Below are positions 14,973-16,522 of a DNA stretch of 16,522 nucleotides, in pieces. Under the pieces are notes generated by a model that was not told where the DNA came from, searched no databases, and was given only the letters and a program-made list of their open reading frames with translations. The first letter of the stretch is position 1. Each line of letters starts with the position of its first letter. A program made the translations under genes and the position numbers. The DNA is from Candidatus Sigynarchaeum calidifontis (GTDB lineage Archaea > Asgardarchaeota > Lokiarchaeia > Sigyniarchaeales > Sigyniarchaeaceae): contig JAUQYZ020000109.1 in NCBI GenBank assembly GCA_030587475.2, positions 1 to 16,522 of the forward strand. The letters run 5' to 3'.

Positions 14973-15956
14973 ATGATCGTGGACAAAGGGCCGATATTCG
15001 AATGTATCCCTGGCGCGCCGAGCTGCCACTGTTCCACGCTCCACAAGTTCCCCGACGGCAGCTTGATCGTCGGGTTCTTCGCCGGCGCCTATGAAAAGGC
15101 GCCTGACGTCGCGATCTGGGGCGCCAATGGCGACCCGTCGGGCAGCGAGTGGACGGAGCCGCGTGTACTCGCCGACACGCCAAATAAGTCCGAGGGAAGC
15201 CCCGTGTTCTACCAGGAAGACAGCGGGAAATTGCACTTGTGGTACTTGACGATGCACCATGGCTGGCTAATCGGCGGGAAGCTACCGACGGGCTGGTCCG
15301 TGTGCACGATCAAGCACACGACGTCGATGGACAAGGGTTATACCTGGTCAAAATGGAATTTCTTGCGAAACAGGTGGTTCTGGGTGTTACGCTGCCAAGC
15401 TTGCCGGCTGCAAGATGGCTCCGTGCTGCTGCCCATGCATAGGGAATTCGGCAAGTATCAATCAATGATGTACATCAACCCGAAACCAGACCTCAGCGGG
15501 AAGTGGCGTCGCTACGGGTGCTTGAAAACTCCCAAGGGCTGCCTCGAGCCGGCCGTGTGTGAATTGCCCGATGGCAAGCTGTTGTGCTCGCTGCGGACGA
15601 AGGACGGCATCGTGTACATCGCCCGGTCGTCCGACCACGGGCACTCGTGGACGAGGCCCGTGCCGACGAAGTTCCACAACCCGAACTCGCAAACGGCACT
15701 TTGCTGCACCTCGCGGGGTAAAGTGGTTCTCGTGCTTAACAACCTCCCCAAGGGTCGCCACTGGCTCGCCTACACGGTCTCCGACGACGGGGGCGAGACC
15801 TGGGGCGCGCTCGAGACGATCGACGGCAAGGACGATCCATCCGAGGCCGGGAAGCAGTATTCCTATCCGAGCATCGTGGAACTTTCGGATGGCCGACTCC
15901 TTGTCAGTTATACATGGAACCGGGAGCAGATCTGGTGGGCAAGGTTCGCGGTCTAG
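14973..15956 (+). CDS. Sialidase/neuraminidase-like BNR (Asp-box) beta-propeller
   Basis: Asp boxes SMDKGYTW, SSDHGHSW and SDDGGETW; CHCSTL...DGSL...F.G.YE; LEPAV..L.DG.L...LR; NPNS; QYSYPSIV with the putative nucleophile Tyr. Confidence 0.88.
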   Translation: MIVDKGPIFECIPGAPSCHCSTLHKFPDGSLIVGFFAGAYEKAPDVAIWGANGDPSGSEWTEPRVLADTPNKSEGSPVFYQEDSGKLHLWYLTMHHGWLIGGKLPTGWSVCTIKHTTSMDKGYTWSKWNFLRNRWFWVLRCQACRLQDGSVLLPMHREFGKYQSMMYINPKPDLSGKWRRYGCLKTPKGCLEPAVCELPDGKLLCSLRTKDGIVYIARSSDHGHSWTRPVPTKFHNPNSQTALCCTSRGKVVLVLNNLPKGRHWLAYTVSDDGGETWGALETIDGKDDPSEAGKQYSYPSIVELSDGRLLVSYTWNREQIWWARFAV

Positions 15957-15992
15957 CAATGATTGCGTGCGTAAAAAGGAGCAAGGCGGGTT

Positions 15993-16460
15993 TTACCGGG
16001 GATCCCGCCGGGAATATTTCTTGATGGCATCATCGATCTTCCCGAGGTTCTGCCGGAAATTCGCCACGAGCTCGTCGTCGCCGATTTTTTCCGCGATGGC
16101 CACCATGCGTGATACGTGGTACCGTGCCTCGCGGTAATTCTTCCGTGAAAAAGCCTCCGTTGCCGCTTGTTGCAGGCTCTTGAGGTAGGTCTTCCACGAC
16201 AACGCGTTTTTTATTGCAGGGCCCGTATCGGGCAACTCGTTCCCATCAAATCCCGCGCGTGACCCGGCGATCGATGACAATGCAGATAATTTCCTTTCGA
16301 GCTCGATATCGCCAAGCATATGGCTTAACCTGGCGGCTTCCTTGAACTTGATGGCAGCCCCGACAAGATCGTTATTTGCCAGGGCGAAGTCCGCATCGTC
16401 GATTTTTTTAACGCGAAGTCCCCCCCAAAACCCATGGAAGTCTTTATTGTGGGTCAGCAC
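15993..16460 (-). CDS. Hypothetical alpha-helical protein with two TPR-like helical-hairpin repeats
   Basis: ADFALANNDLVGAAIKFKEAARLSHMLGDIELERKL and ATEAFSRKNYREARYHVSRMVAIAEKIGDDELVANF align as internal repeats. The GTG start is uncertain. Confidence 0.7.
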   Translation of the reverse strand: MLTHNKDFHGFWGGLRVKKIDDADFALANNDLVGAAIKFKEAARLSHMLGDIELERKLSALSSIAGSRAGFDGNELPDTGPAIKNALSWKTYLKSLQQAATEAFSRKNYREARYHVSRMVAIAEKIGDDELVANFRQNLGKIDDAIKKYSRRDPR

Positions 16461-16522
16461 GCTTTTTTGGATTTAATTGCCACCTCCTTGGTCGATAAGC
16501 AATTACCGAAATTGTTAGATAA

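Noticed and set aside
16430-16495. AAGGAGG-GTG on the minus strand opening a frame with TGC-TGA (possible selenocysteine read-through)
   Set aside because: The read-through product is not protein-like, ends soon after, and no SECIS was identified.

Overview
Gene-dense archaeal chromosomal segment, most likely from an Asgard archaeon (Lokiarchaeia-like). This is inferred from a bona fide-looking ubiquitin-conjugating E2, a gelsolin-like domain, a PG-TM-basic C-terminal sorting signal and TATA-box promoters close to start codons. The left third (1-6300) looks accessory: a decayed LRR gene fragment, a stand-alone E2 with an acidic-hydrophobic SIM-like tail, a gelsolin-like domain fused to four transmembrane helices, a GC-rich gene with a probable C-terminal OB fold, a TPR remnant and a secreted 7-repeat beta-propeller. 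The middle holds housekeeping genes: a CDP-alcohol phosphatidyltransferase and the TrmI m1A58 tRNA methyltransferase. The right half is a short-chain acyl cluster (PrpE/Acs, SatP-type acetate channel, acyl-CoA dehydrogenase). It is divergent from a tight four-gene operon encoding a cysteine-depleted IscU/NifU-like protein, two Ser alpha/beta hydrolases and an Asp-box sialidase-like protein. The most novel-looking elements are the membrane-anchored gelsolin-like protein, the E2 tail and the degenerate IscU-esterase-esterase-sialidase operon. I recognised no tRNA, rRNA, CRISPR array or transposase. All family calls come from motif recognition by eye, not database searches.
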